This document shows, one piece after another, positions 41,101 to 57,692 of a stretch of 64,000 nt of DNA; within the stretch, counting starts at the first letter, position 1; each line of letters opens with the position of its first letter. Under the pieces are notes generated by a model that was given only the letters and a program-made list of their open reading frames with translations, was not told where the DNA came from and ran no database searches. A program made the translations under genes and the position numbers. Origin of the DNA: the human T2T-CHM13v2.0 reference genome, Homo sapiens; assembly GCF_009914755.1 (NCBI RefSeq), contig NC_060929.1. One strand, given 5' to 3'.

Positions 41101-42674
41101 TATTCTTGTGATCATGAGTCATTAGAGTGACAAAGTCTACTAAGGGTAACTGTATTCTAATGGTTCCCAGTATTGGAGACCATGTATTATCTACTAGGGT
41201 AGAGTTAGGAACTGCAAACAAGAGGATGAACAATATAAGTTTTTTTCCATTTCTCTTCCTGTATACCATTTTCTAATTAATGAAGACCTAAAGAATTATG
41301 ATCTTATCTCACTATACATTTCATGGGAGTAAAAACATTTTCTAAGTGTGCCATTTACCACTTGCTTTATCACCAAGACTCAGCCTATAGTCTTTTTGAT
41401 AAGAAGCAGGGCTGTTATCACACAAACACCAGAAAGAAAGACAGAGGACAATACTGTAACAAGTGTTAAGCTAGGAATAGAGTCCTCAAATCATGTCTTT
41501 ATAGATATCTTCTAAAACCTCTCCCTTTATATCTCCAAAAGAAGTGTGCAGGTTATCTGGAATTTAGTGCTTTCCCTAAATCTGTGTGGAATGACAGACT
41601 TTGTGAAGAAGTATAGAACATATCTGAGGCACTAGGATTCCTTTTATTTAATCCATATCAGCTTTCGTGACATACAAAACTAGGTCTTTTGGGGAGTTTG
41701 CATGCTCCTGAAGAGAGGTCTAGAAAAATATGACCAAGGAAAATCATTACTAATTCACTTACCCAAACTCTAAGAATTCATTTATCTCTTTCTGACAGCT
41801 GTGTAGAGTTCCAAGGGTAAGAGACCCCAAAAGAGAAAGCAGACAAGGTCATTGTTATGAAAAATATTTCTACTTCACTCGTAAGCATTTAAAAATTGTT
41901 TGCTTGTGCTAGTGAAAGCTTCTCAACATGCATCATAGTCCATATGTTTTGGCCTGACTTCTCACCTGTCCCCGCACTTCTTGAGTGGATTTTAGGAGTA
42001 TGGACTGGACCTTGAGAATGGAATGCACCAGTGGCTCAACTGTGGCCCTAAAAGTTACCAGTGGCCAAATTTCCAGGAATAAGGCAGGAAGGCTGGTTGG
42101 TTAAAGGCAGAGCTGAATTACTCATGAATTTCTGCTCCTTCCTCAGTTTAGCTCTTCACACATTCCTTTTTAGCAATGTTCATCCATGGATTTTCCGAGT
42201 GCTATATCCTCTAGTGGAGTAGGAAATACTTCTTTCTTAGCCCTTTCTACCATTCAGATACAAGACCACAAAGACAGTTATGTGGTTTCCTACAAATCTT
42301 AAACCTGGAAAAAATTGTTAAGAATATAAACGCCATATAATACCACAGTGATAAACATGTGGTTTTATGCGTAGTGTATTTAAAATAAGTAAATATTGTT
42401 CAATACAATTTTATGAATATTTACTTCCCTTCTCTTTGTGTGTGTATATATATATATAATTTTAAGTCATGTTTAATATTTATATTACTATTGCAACAGC
42501 AAACTGCAACTACGCTAATTTTTGTTACAATGCTATGAAATTTGGTGACATTTTGCTGCCTATAACAAATATAGTGATTAATCATAATGAAATTCACATC
42601 TGGATATTAGGCTCAATACAAAAATACTTATTTCTAACAAATATGTCTTATCTATACTTTAACACTATACCAGG

Positions 42675-42730
42675 TAAAATAAGGAGAAGGGATGATTCCA
42701 TCCTAAAATAAGGAGAAGGGATGATTCCAT
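42675..42730. repeat. Perfect 27-bp tandem duplication (period 29)
   Basis: TAAAATAAGGAGAAGGGATGATTCCAT at 42675-42701 and 42704-42730. Confidence 0.95.
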
Positions 42731-42902
42731 ACCTAAAGGTAGCACTAGGAAACAGACCTTAGATTCATTTGCTTTTAAGACCCTCACAGCTGCACATTCC
42801 TTTCTCCTCTTAGTTCTCTTCTTAGGCTCAAATAAGAGTATTTTGAGCTGTCAAAAAAATTGAAATTATTACTGATTATTCTCTATTTAACTTTATAGAC
42901 AG

Positions 42903-44203
42903 TGAGAGGTGACAGCATGCTGGCAGTCCTCACAGCCCTCGCTAGCTCTCAGTGCCTCCTCTGCCTGGGCTCCCACTTTGGCGGCCGTGGAGGAGCCCTT
43001 CAGCCCACCGCTGCACTGTGGGAGCCCCTTTCTGGGCTGGCCAAGGCCGGAGCCGGCTCCCTCAGCTTGCAGGGAGGTGTGGAGGGAGAGGCAGGAACGG
43101 GATCCGGGGCTGCCCGCGGCGCTTGCGGGCCAGCTGGAGTTCCGGGTGGGCGTGGGCTTGGCGGGCCCCACACTCAGAGCAGCCGGCTGGCTCTGCCGGC
43201 CCGGGCAATGAGGGGCTTAGCACCCGGGCCAGCGGCTGCGGAGGGTGTACTGGGTCCCCCAGCAGTGCCAGCCCACCGGTGCTGCCCTTGATTTCTCACG
43301 GGGCCTTAGCTGCCTTCCCGAGGGGCAGGGCTCGGGACCTGCAGCCCGCCATGCCTGAGCCTCCCACCCCCTCCGTGGGCTCCTATGCAGCCCGAGCCTC
43401 CCGGATGAGCGCTGCCCCCTGCTCCAGGGCGCCCAGTCCCATCAACCACCCAAGTGCTGAGGAGTGCAGGCGCACGGCACGGGACTGGCAGGCAGCTCCA
43501 CCTGCAGCCCCCCTGCAGGATCCACTGGGTGAAGCCAGCTGGGCTCCTGAGTCTGGTGGGGAGGTGGAGAATCTTTATGTGTAGCCCAAGGATTGTAAGT
43601 ACACCAATCGGCACTCTGTATCTAGCTCAAGGTTTGTAAACACACCAGTCAGCACCCTGTGTCTAGCTCAGGGTTTGTGAATGCACCAATCAGTGCCCTG
43701 TCAAAACAGGCCACTAGGCTCTACCAATCAGCAGGATGTGGGTGGGGCCAGATAAGAGAATAAAAGCAGTCTGCCTGAGCCAGCAGTGGCAACCTGCTGC
43801 GGTCTTCTTCCACACTGTGGAAGCTCTGTTCCTTCGCTCTTTGCAATAAATCTTGCTACTGCTCACTCTTCGGGTCCATACTGTTTTTATGAGCTGTAAC
43901 ACTCACCGCGAAGATCTGCAGCTTCACTCCTGAAGCCAGCGAGACCACAAGCCCACTGGGAGGAGCGAACAACTCCAGACGCGCCGCCTTAAGAGCTGTA
44001 ACACTCACTGCAAAGGTCTGCAGCTTTACTCCTGAGCCAGCGAGACCGTGAACCCACCAGAAGGAAGAAACTCTGAACACATCCAAACATCAGAAGGAAC
44101 AAACTCCAGACGTGCCACCTTAAAAGCTGTAACACTCACCGCGAGGGTCCGCGGCTTCATTCTTGAAGTCAGTGAGACCAAGAACCCACCAATTCCGGAC
44201 ACA
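42903..44203 (+). mobile_element. Solo LTR12C (HERV9/ERV-9 LTR)
   Basis: Starts TGAGAGGTGACAGCATGCTGGCAGTCCTCACAGCCCTCGCT and ends CCAATTCCGGACACA; GC-rich U3; U5 repeats; flanks ACAG/ATAG. Confidence 0.95.
43580..43850 (+). promoter_or_regulatory. LTR12C enhancer/promoter core
   Basis: CCAAT at 43604, 43686 and 43724; GATAAG at 43751; AATAAAA TATA-like box at 43759; poly(A) signal AATAAA at 43845. Activity is not shown by sequence alone. Confidence 0.6.
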
Positions 44204-45371
44204 ATAGGACATTGCTGGAAAAAGTTAATTTTAGTTTCAGATTCCAGGTGTGGTTTTGTTCCTCATTTTCTCTAATTTACCCAGCACCGGGCCTAGAATA
44301 TAGAAGGTCCTCAATTAATATTTGTGAAATGAATGAGGAAACGAATGGAGGAATGTTGAGTAAAGACATTGGAGTGAATTAGAATCTCCTGGCTCTCTTG
44401 GTCAACGTTTGAATCGGATCTATAAGCCAAGGGTTAAGATCATTGTTGCTAATATTGTGGAGGTTACAATTTCTATCAGTTAACATGTTTCTCAGCATTA
44501 TTACCTTTTAACTTTAATAGTTTTCTTGAAAGGCAACCTTTAGTACCATTGAATTGTACTGTATTAAAGTCCAAAAATTGCCATTGATTATACTAATTAT
44601 TATCTGCTGAAAGTTTCGGTCAGCGAGACCTGAGGAAACAAGTCCTGCTCTACTTTTATTCATACCAGCTTGATATTCATATCATGTCATTTAATATTAG
44701 TTTTAGGTTTCTCTAAAAATATTACCTTTTGTAGACATATACAGACACCTATTTAGCACATGTTATATGCCTGAACAATGCTTAGCTGATGTAAATTTAA
44801 ATATAATGGAAAGCTTCCAAGGGCTTTGTTACAACTGAACCAGTGGCTCTCTCAAATTTTTTGAGACATGCTCATTTTTTAAAAATTCTATTCATACTTG
44901 AAGATAGAAGCAAAAGTATTCCTGAAAATATCATAGCCAAGAAGTGGCATGAAATAATGAGAGTGATTAAATGAAATCTTTGGAAATGTTTATACCCATT
45001 GTATTAATCTGTCTACACACATTTAACTGCCTTTCAGATATTCATTTCAGATCCCAACACAAATGTTTCTCAGCCTCTTAAAGACTTGGTAGTTCTAGCT
45101 CTCTGGTTACCTGATGAATTTGTTGATTTAATGTTATTGTCTCTAATTCTGTTTGATAAAGGTTACTAACCTATGGTACTGGAAACTAGGGGGGAAGAAC
45201 CTCTCTTCTGACTGTATAGGAAAGCTTAGCTTTTTGACTACTCTTGGTACCCTGCATGAATAGGTCAGTAAATCTTGATCTACTTGCTGCCACTGCACAG
45301 TTGAAAGGCTGAGAGACAGGGTTAGATCCTATATCATAAGTTTAGAGTAGGAGTTTACATAGAAATCTACT

Positions 45372-45485
45372 CAGGGCCACCATGTATATTCATACAAGTC
45401 ATGCACTTTATTACAAGCTTGCTATGAATGGTTCCTTCAGTATTGTGCAGTACAAAACTTGCACCATCCTACAAAGAAGTCACAG
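45372..45485. mobile_element. MER91-like hAT-Tip100 miniature element
   Basis: CAGGGCCACCATGTATA...TTGTGCAGTACAAAACTTGCACCA, degenerate terminal repeats. Confidence 0.5.
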
Positions 45486-46095
45486 GTCCAACTACTTTTT
45501 TCCTTTTCCCTTGAGATGCCAACTCCAGGGCATTTGTTTCTTACACGCGTAACTGTCATTTTAAAAGCATGGCCCTTCGTATTCTACTTTCACAATCTTA
45601 GATACAGAGAGAAGGCAAGCTATGGGTTTCCATACTTAGATTTGCTATCTCAAGTACCAACTCTCCTTTTATGGATTCCTTTTTCTGCAAGTGAGAAACA
45701 TCCCACTTTCATTTTTAATTTTCTGTAGATAACTTAGCAATGGAAACACAATAAATAAGTTTTTGGGCTTTTAGAAACATCTAGAGTAAGACAAGAAGTC
45801 GAACCAGCCTACTGTGTATGTTGACATGGTGCTGGTGACAGGAGTTTTTAGGATTACAATTGATTCACCTATCAAACTTCCTTTTTTATTATTTTGTGAG
45901 TATCTGCTTCACCCACAGGACTGAAACAACATGTGTTTAAGAGCTGTGTCTGTTTTGTTCACAATATCTCTAAAATCTACCACAAAGAACTTGCTAACAT
46001 TTTTTTGTAGAATGAACTTGTAGAATGCATGTTAAAAAGTCTTCCAGTATATATAAGCTGTAAAATAAAAATATTAATGATTTAATGAACATCTA

Positions 46096-47412
<1,317 letters not shown>

Positions 47413-47754
47413 TCATTCAGCACACACCAGGATATACTTTTATAATGTCCAATAATTAAAATGGTTGAATTACTTTCTCAAGGCCATACATCAATTTAGG
47501 GGGATATTACAAATGCCTCTCAGATAGTTTAAGAGCTCTAATAATAAAAAATGACTTGGAAAACAGTTTTTAGTCCTTATAAAAAAGAACAGTAAGGGCA
47601 TAAATTTAAAAGTACAGATACAAATTACTTAAAGAATCCAATTTATTTTTTATTTCATTATAATCTGAGGGTTAAAATGTTTTCAATCTTGTTTTCCAAT
47701 CTTTCCTATCTCTCCACTGCAGAGTATATTGTAAAAAACAGTTTATGTAAAGTG

Positions 47755-47786
47755 AGAGCGAGGCTCTGTCTCAAAAAAAAAAAACA
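47755..47786 (+). mobile_element. Alu 3' terminal remnant (~18 nt plus A tail)
   Basis: AGAGCGAGGCTCTGTCTCAAAAAAAAAAAA. Confidence 0.65.
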
Positions 47787-49260
47787 AAGATAAAACAATT
47801 AGTCATCTGAGTCTATCTTAAATAATATCAAAAATTCCAATAATACAGTAGCACTATCCTACCTAGAAGATTCTGGTTTGATGCAAATGATAAACATCAC
47901 CTTTATTTTAGATTCAGTTTTTATCTTTAATTTACTTCCATACAGTCATCCGGAAATGAATGTATACTAATTTAGCTCATTAGTAGAGGCATGCATGAAA
48001 TATGCAAAGGTTGTCATTGCCATGTCGCTTTTTCACTCGTTTTCTGTAGCTGCAATAAGTATATCTGTTTCATCACAGTTTTTAGACATTGTTTCATCTT
48101 CATAAGACTCATCTTGTTTGGTGAAATTATTTTAAGTAATTAAAGAAACTGCCATTTAATCTATGGTAGTGATAGAAAACAGCAACAGTAACCAATAGTC
48201 AACAAATAACTATTCTTCTTATGGTGAGAGGAGACGATTAATTAGAAAAAAGAATTAATTAAATCATCCAACCAATCCCTAGTGAGAAGGTTTATAGAGG
48301 GTGGTTTCTAAGCTAAAATATATTATCTTAAGGTGGAGCAATTATAAGTAAATTAGATACTAAAAGGAATAACTGTAATCTAAGATTAAACAATTTTTTT
48401 TTCTTTTTCTGTGAATCTGCAAAGAACACATGCAGAACTGCTAACTACAACAGTGATAGTTGTTTGAATTAATTATACTAGTTGCAGAAATTTTTCATAT
48501 CTCAAAAGATTTGTGGCAATGCATATTGCGGCCATTTTTCTCCTTTTGAAATTGCTTTTATGCTTAGCCAGAGAATAAATGAGGCTGAAAATTAATTCAC
48601 ATGGCATTTTAACCAATAGTCAGTAATTTCTGTTCCACAAGCAAGAAGCAGCCCAATGCATTTAGGAATGATTTTTTCCAAAAGCCACTCTGTTAGCTGC
48701 CACTCTGAAGGGAACCAATCCATTTCCATTTGAAATCTTTTCACCAAATGAAACTCTTGTTTTTATTAAGGTGCTAGTGTCTAAGCTGCATTTTATTCAA
48801 TATAGAGGCCACTTATTTTTTATTTTGGCCAACCTGCATCTGAACTTCGTCCAATACTTGATGATCCCTTCACTTCATAAATTTAGTTAGTTAGCAAAGC
48901 TGCCTTGTGTTATTGAAGCTGAAAAGGCCAGACAAATGCTTACTCAGGCTTCCTGTCAGTTAAGGCAGGAGATTGGTTATACCAATCAGATGCACCAAGC
49001 CCAGAAATTTGAGGTCCATGGTGAACAGTCATTTTGTAGATGCAAGGTGTTATCCAGAGCAAGCTCTACGGTCTAGTTACTTGCAGCACATTGCAAAAAG
49101 ATCAACAGACAGATCTGTGGTATGATTTATGCCACGGCCCCCAAAACTGGTTCTCCAGTTTGGGATAGCACTATTTTCCAGAAAGAAACATATTTCCCAC
49201 CAGACTGGTCTATTAAAAGGAACGAGACCTATGCAGGAAGATACATTCAGATTTTGACCT

Positions 49261-49640
49261 TGTATTAATTCACTCTCATGCTGCTAGTAAAGACATACCC
49301 AAGACTGGGTAAGTTTATAAAGGAAAGAGGTTTCGTTGACTCACAGTTCAGCATGGCTGGGGAAGCCTCAGGAAACTTACAATCATGGTGGAAAGAGAAG
49401 CAAACACGTCCTTCTTCACTTGGTGGCAGCATGGTGAAGTGCCAAGCAAAAGGGGGAAAAGCTCCTTATAAAACCATCAGCTCTTGTGAGAACTCATTCA
49501 CTATCATGAGAACAGCAGCATAGGGGTAAGCACCCCCATGATTCAATTACCTCCCACTGGATCCCTCCCACAACACATTGGGATTATGGAAACTAGAATT
49601 CAAGATGAGATTTGGGTGGGGACACAGCCAAACCCTATCA
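49261..49640 (-). mobile_element. THE1C-like solo LTR
   Basis: TGTATTAATTCACTCTCATGCTGCTAGTAAAGACATACCCAAGACTGGG...GGGGACACAGCCAAACCCTATCA. Confidence 0.9.
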
Positions 49641-50812
49641 TATCTCACCTTGTTTAGTTCTTAGTTCTTTAAGTCATATTATTGGGCTTTGGCCAATCTG
49701 AGGCCAAGTTTTCTCCTCTTAAAATTGGTTTGTTATATAAGCCAGATGAGTTAATACATATGAAACATGAAGCTACATCAAGATAATTTACTGAGATATT
49801 AATTACTATTTTGTTTTTATTACAGTTGAAAAATTAAAATAAATTGCTATTTACATTTTGCAATCTGGATATTTCCCCCCTCTTTTTCTGTTCTTTTAGC
49901 TAGGACTTTGTGCTTTTTTTACCTCAGAGGAATTTTTTTAGGCTAAGAGGTTGTCTCAAGATGTTTTCCTCTTGCCTTCAGTTTTTATAAGATTGAGTTC
50001 ATTAGAAAGATTATTTTAAAGGAGCAAATAGAAGCAAGCAAAAGTAACAGGATGTCTTCCCAAACAGGCAAAGAAGCCTGACTGAATTTCTGAGATTGGC
50101 ATGAACTCTTACCCATACCCTGGGAAAATAAAATGGCCTTGAGAAGGTCTGTCTACCCTGCTTACCCAGGGAGATTGAAATCTCTCACAGGGTCTCCTAC
50201 CCTCCACTTTAAAGCAGTAAACCACCTGCCTGCCTGGGACCATACAAGCAAACTAAAGGATAATTTCCAGCTTTCTTTACTTTTCCTTTTTTTCCCCCAC
50301 AACTAGACCTCCTATATGTATACATGTTCCAGGGAAGGATAAAAACCTCACCACAGACACATAGGTGAGCATGAATTTCCTGGCAATCCTACAGAATGAG
50401 GGCTCAGTGTCACCTCAGTTTGCTTGGAAGAAAATTATATAATCTGTGTTTTACCTGCCTTTGTGGAATATGATGTTTTTGGCCATAGGAACACAACAGC
50501 ACCCCAGAAAATGTCAGTTCTACTCCTATATTTTTAGAGTAGAATATACGTGCAGGAATTATTAGTTCTATGCTTCCCTTAAAGTTGATAAATCTTAAAC
50601 TTTTGAAGCCATTCCTAGGCCTAATACATTAGACATGGGCTTGAAAATTTAGTAGTTGGAATCAAATTCAAAATGCTTACCCTAGCACTTTTAAGCATAT
50701 TTCAATATTGACTTTTTAAAGGGGGACATAGGGGACAATCATGCTCATCACAGGCCCCATTTATTCTTATGATCCTGTACTTGGTGCAATTCATCACCTT
50801 TTGTTTCCTCCT

Positions 50813-52604
<1,792 letters not shown>

Positions 52605-53004
52605 CTCCTCTAGGCCAACCTTATTTATTCCATCTATCCTCTTTATCCTGGGCAGTAAATGACAAGATTCTTGTCACTTGATTGAAAGGTTAGACAAATA
52701 AATACACTTTATAAACAAAATAATCCAACAAACATGGGATAAGGATAGAGGAATTATATTTGATTTTGAACAACATAAATAATACAATGTAAAGACAAAA
52801 GGAATAAATTAGGAATAAATAAGGGTGCCTTACAAAGAGAAAGATTGAATCAAAACTTAGCAATATTGCCTGTATATATGCATTTTATTAAGAGCTAACA
52901 TGGCCAAAATTATTAGAGCTAATATTTTTCAATGTTATACCTGACTGTATAACCTAGCTGTTTTGCTAAATCTTTTTCATGTATTAGCTAATTTAAACTT
53001 TACC

Positions 53005-53150
53005 TAAGCTGTAAAATCTGTCCAATTGTAATTCATTTGACAAATGAAGACTTGGACACAGAGAAATAGACTTAATGACAGTTACCCATTTAGTAAAAAC
53101 AGAGTCAATATTTGAACCCAGCAATTTGACCTGCAAGCCCATCTTATGTT
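53005..53150 (-). mobile_element. MIR fragment
   Basis: CATTTGACAAATGAAGACTTGGACACAGAGA...ATTTGAACCCAGCAATTTGAC. Confidence 0.6.
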
Positions 53151-54306
53151 GATTCCTATAGATTAAAAAAAAATGTTGATTTGCTAACCTGAAAAGAGAA
53201 AGTTGATTTTTATAGCCAATTAGCAAAATTCTGAGTGACAAGATAAAAAATAAATGAATAGTACAAAAACAGGCCTTCCTTTGAAAATAGAATTCGATTA
53301 ATAGGAAGAACTTTGCAAAGATACTGTGAGCAATAAAGGACTAGAATTTATTTGCAAGATATTTTTCTTATGAAAGCACTTCTAAGTACTGCTGTTGTCC
53401 CAGAGGAAAAGTTAATGTCTTTTATATCTTAGACTTTATTTATGACACCAAAGTGTTCTTACATTCAGGAAATAGCAATACCAAATTCCCAAGAATGGGG
53501 ATTCAGTGTGAAGTGCCTCCTCATGTCTCAAGATCTGTCCTCATTGCAGCTTAGCAGGATACGTTTGTCTTTGTTTTGAAATTGGATAAAAGAAGGAAGT
53601 TAGAGCAATTCATGCATGGCAATCAGTTGTCCAATTGTAGATGGCAGACAATATATCCAAATAACCTATGAAACAGAGTTGCAATTGATGTGACATCTGT
53701 ATCCACAGCTAGAAAACTCATAATAGCAACATGGAGAGCCCCACAATTAGACATACAGCAAAACAATAATGGAGGGAGGATTGTGCAAGAAAGTGAGGAG
53801 CTACAAACAATAGCTGGCCTGATGATTGAAAGAATTTCCACGTTAGAAAGGATACATTTGTATTGTGTCACTCATTTAAGCATGACTCAGGATGTGGTTG
53901 GCTGTTATGAAATCTGTATTTCAGTTTTCGGAAACAGCCTTGAGTGTTTGTGTTATTTGGTTTTATCAATGCCGGAAGTAACTGCATTGTCAAAAAACAT
54001 ACTCCACATGTTTATAGAGATGTGAACAAAAGTCAAATTTTTGAAGAAAATTAAAACAAATGGTGATTTAAGCTTTATTTTTAATAGGCTCCTAATGTTT
54101 TCCTTTCAATGTATCTCACTTTTAGAAAACAATGAATTTTTGTACAACAAATATCCACAGTTAACTCTGAGATAGGAATACTTCCATCAAAACCTCATTA
54201 CTTCTTTCTGTGCTGGTAAGTATTTACATTTCAGGTGAGCCATATAATTTAGAGCCATAGAATTTTGACTTCAAAGTTCACTTAAAAGGAGAGTGGAAAA
54301 TATCAG

Positions 54307-54628
54307 GGCCAGGCATGGGGGTTCACACCTGTAATCCCAGCACTTTGGGAGGCCAAGGCAGGAGGATCACTTAAGCCCAGGAGTTTTGAGACCAGACTGG
54401 GCAACATAGTAAGATACTTGTCTCTACAAAAACTGAAAATAAAAATTAGTTGGTGTGGTGGTGTGTGCCTCTAGTCCCAGCTGCTGGAGAAACTGAGGTT
54501 GGAGCATCACTTGAGCCTGGGAGGTCAAGGCTAGAGTGAGCTGTGATCACTGCACTCCAACCTGGGTCACAGAGTAAAACTTGGTCTCTGAAAAGAAGGA
54601 AAAAAAGGGAAAAAAAGAAAGGAAAAGA
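54307..54628 (+). mobile_element. AluJ
   Basis: GGAGGATCACTTAAGCCCAGGAG and GAGGTCAAGGCT, AluJ diagnostics. Confidence 0.9.
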
Positions 54629-54769
54629 AGATATAAATTCCTTTACAGTTAGGGTTTTAGATTACTATGTTAACTAAAAGAAAGTGTTGTGAGTGAACCC
54701 AAAGATATTCTGATTTAAATATTAAGTCTTATCTCCAAGAAAAATAAATGATGATACAGTTAATAAAGA

Positions 54770-54930
54770 AATATTGGTTTGGATTCACTACTACCTGGGC
54801 TCAAATGTTGATATTGCCGCTATTTAGCTTATGCATGATTGTAACCTTTCTGATCCTTGGTTTCTTGTAAAAATTTGGAAATTATAAGTACTTCATAGGA
54901 ATATCAAAGGGATTAAATAACGTGATTTAC
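54770..54930 (+). mobile_element. MIR fragment
   Basis: ACCTGGGCTCAAAT...AACCTTTCTGATCCTTGGTTTC...GGATTAAATAA. Confidence 0.55.
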
Positions 54931-55589
54931 AGTAGAAAGTCACTTACCTTACATTGCTGAAACAGGTAGTTGATTGGTTCATTGAAAATCAGTGAAAACA
55001 GAAAAGTATAGTATTCCAAATACTATGGAAATAGAACATGATTCACACAGGAAATGGGGAGTGATGCGTACTTCAAATATTTAGCACCATGGGGATCAGT
55101 GATAAGAGTTTCTTCTGCATATGAAGTCTAACCAGGAGCCTAGAACCTGGCTCAACTCGTATTAGATCTCCTCTCTTCTGTCTCCTTACTGTTAAGACAA
55201 TGGGATCATTGAGAAATCTAAAGGTTCAATGTTTTTTGTTTGAATGGAAATATTTATTTTTTTTCTGATTTAAATATATATTTATAATGATAATAATACA
55301 TGTCAAATAAAAGATAGCTTAAGCAAGAAAATAAAATAATTTCATTCTCAAAATCTATTTAATAAATAGTGTAGATAAGTCATCCATAACTGAAAAAATA
55401 GGCTCCTATTTGATATCTTTGTAACTCCAGGATATGGAATAATTTATTAATGAAATGATGAAATTATAAAGGAAATTAAATTTTAAGGGAAAAGCACAAT
55501 TCATTTGATTTTATTAAAATTTAAATTTTCTCCAGTAATAGAAGACATTATTTTACTGTAAGCGAGAAAACAGCTATGGCTAGTGCAAT

Positions 55590-56500
55590 GGCAATCCATG
55601 TAGAAAGCAAGCATCTGCATCTTCTGACCCAAGAATTCCACATCACAAGCATACCTTACAGAAATGACTGAGCAAATGCACACAGAGACATCCTCAAAGA
55701 CATGTTATTAGCAACAGAATACTGGACAGTGTGCAATGGTAAAAAAAGAGATATCTAAAGATTCAACAAAATATGATGAATACATTTCATATAATGGAAT
55801 ATGATACAGGTCATTTCTTTAACAAACTCTTTTAAATTACCACGTCATATGCTGCTCTAGCTAACTTACAAATATTAGCACACTTAATACTTATCACAAG
55901 TCTGTCAAATAAGAACTATTAAATAATTTTATAGGTGAGGAAAACGAGGTGCAGTGAGGTTAAGTATCATATACAAGGTAGCACAAAGCTAGTAAGCATC
56001 AAAGCTATGATTTTAATTTAGTCTGTCTTCAAGCTTTAATCTTAATCACTTTGCTTTCTTGCTTCTCTGGTGATAAATGAACCAGAATCCCATAAAGTTG
56101 ACATATCTCAATAACAGAGTGTTGAATGGGGAAAATATTGAAAAATGGTTAATTCAATATGATACCAAGTAATGAACGATGAAAAACAAGCCGAAAGACA
56201 TTATATATTGTCAAAGAACATATATATGTAGTAAAAGTTTTCCAATAATTTTAAGAATTGAACAGAAAATTAAAGTCAAATTCAGGATAGAGACTACTTC
56301 CTAGAAAGAAAGAAAAAATAAAATAAAATTTAAAAAACATAAGGTACTTTAAATGTACCAAAATATTTTATCAGTGTAAAAAAAAACAGATCTGAAGCCA
56401 GTGTGACAGAACATTAAGATAAATTAAAACTGAGTGGCAGATACAAAGGTGTTTATTATATTACTATTTTTTAATTACTGCAAATATATAAAACTATTAT
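55590..56500 (+). mobile_element. L1ME-like 3' region, with a minus-strand MIR at ~55835-56055
   Basis: TGACCCAAGAATTCCACATC and CATTTCATATAATGGAATATGATACAG; MIR core TTTTATAGGTGAGGAAAACGAGGTGCAGTGAGGTTAAGT. Confidence 0.55.
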
Positions 56501-56747
56501 AATTATTTATTCTTCTTACCAAAAATAATATTAATCTTTTGACATGGTTTTTAAAATTCTTTTATGAATACACACATCCACAATTTCTAGACACACACTT
56601 CCTGCACATGAACTCATAAACTGATTTGTAACCGACTTTAGGAAATGTATTGATAGGTAGTTTATACCATAAATACAAGTCAATAAATACAAGTCTTTAG
56701 CATGAGTGTAAGCATTTGTATTGCCTTCTATTTTACTCCAGTCATTA

Positions 56748-57020
56748 GTTTTTTTACTGATACATAATAGTTGTATATATTTTGGGGGCACATGTGATAT
56801 CTTGATATGTGTATTCAATGTATGATGATGAAATCAGGGTAATTGGAATATACATCTCATCAAACTTTTTTTTTGTATGTGTTGGGAGCATCACAAGTCA
56901 TCTCTTCTAGATATTCTGACATATACAATAAATCATTGTTAACTATAATTTTTATACTTTACTATTGAGTACTAAAACTTATTCCTTCTAAGTGTCTGTT
57001 TTTGCATGTCTTAACCAAAT
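56748..57020 (-). mobile_element. L1MA-type 3' end
   Basis: TGATACATAATAGTTGTATATATTTTGGGGGCACATGTGATAT...AAATCAGGGTAATTGG. Confidence 0.8.
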
Positions 57021-57692
57021 CTTTTGACAGCCATTATATTATTCCAATGTTTTCACTATGGTAGGCACTGCTGCAATTTGTATACTCTTATAAAGCATTT
57101 GAATTGGTACAAATTTTTCTAAATGGAAAAAGAAAAGTGTTCACACAAACACTTTGTTATTTAGTATTGGGATTCAAACAAATGTTTCTTGGTTTCTAAA
57201 AGTAAAATAAGTACAAAAAGTGTGTGCAAAAAGTAAAACGAGTCAAATAACATATAAACAAAGTTGTTTCCACTATTATAATATTATTGGTACTTTGAGT
57301 TGGAAAAGGCAAGATCCTATAGGAATATTTTAAGTTATTCGAGTGTTATTAATGGTAATAAACACTTTTCCTGTAGATGAAATCAACTGGAAAATCATAG
57401 ATAGAAATCAAACTATTAATGCAAATTTCACATTGCACACACATACACATATCTATGCACATGTACATTTTCTATATATATAAAACATCTCTAAGGAGGA
57501 GAAAGCATGTTTCAGTCATTTGAATTAATTTTCTCAGCTGATACCATGATGACTTTGGTCCTTATTATCCCTCTCACTAATAGGACAGTACTGGGCCAAG
57601 TGTACCTTTGGAAGTGAATAGAAAATGTACTTTCCTGCTTTCATCCTTTAGGAAACACTTGAGTCAAATGTTTTCTCAAGAAGATGGTATTG

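Noticed and set aside
42893-43639. Cluster of overlapping 60-210 aa ORFs
   Set aside because: GC-rich LTR12C U3 sequence has few stop codons; no protein family is recognisable.
43578-44180. Repeated units resembling a CRISPR-like or novel array
   Set aside because: These are the standard U3 enhancer and U5 repeats of LTR12; there are no unique spacers or cas genes.
53690-54025. 111-aa ORF in non-repeat DNA
   Set aside because: No ATG start, no recognisable domain and no convincing flanking splice sites; length is within chance range.
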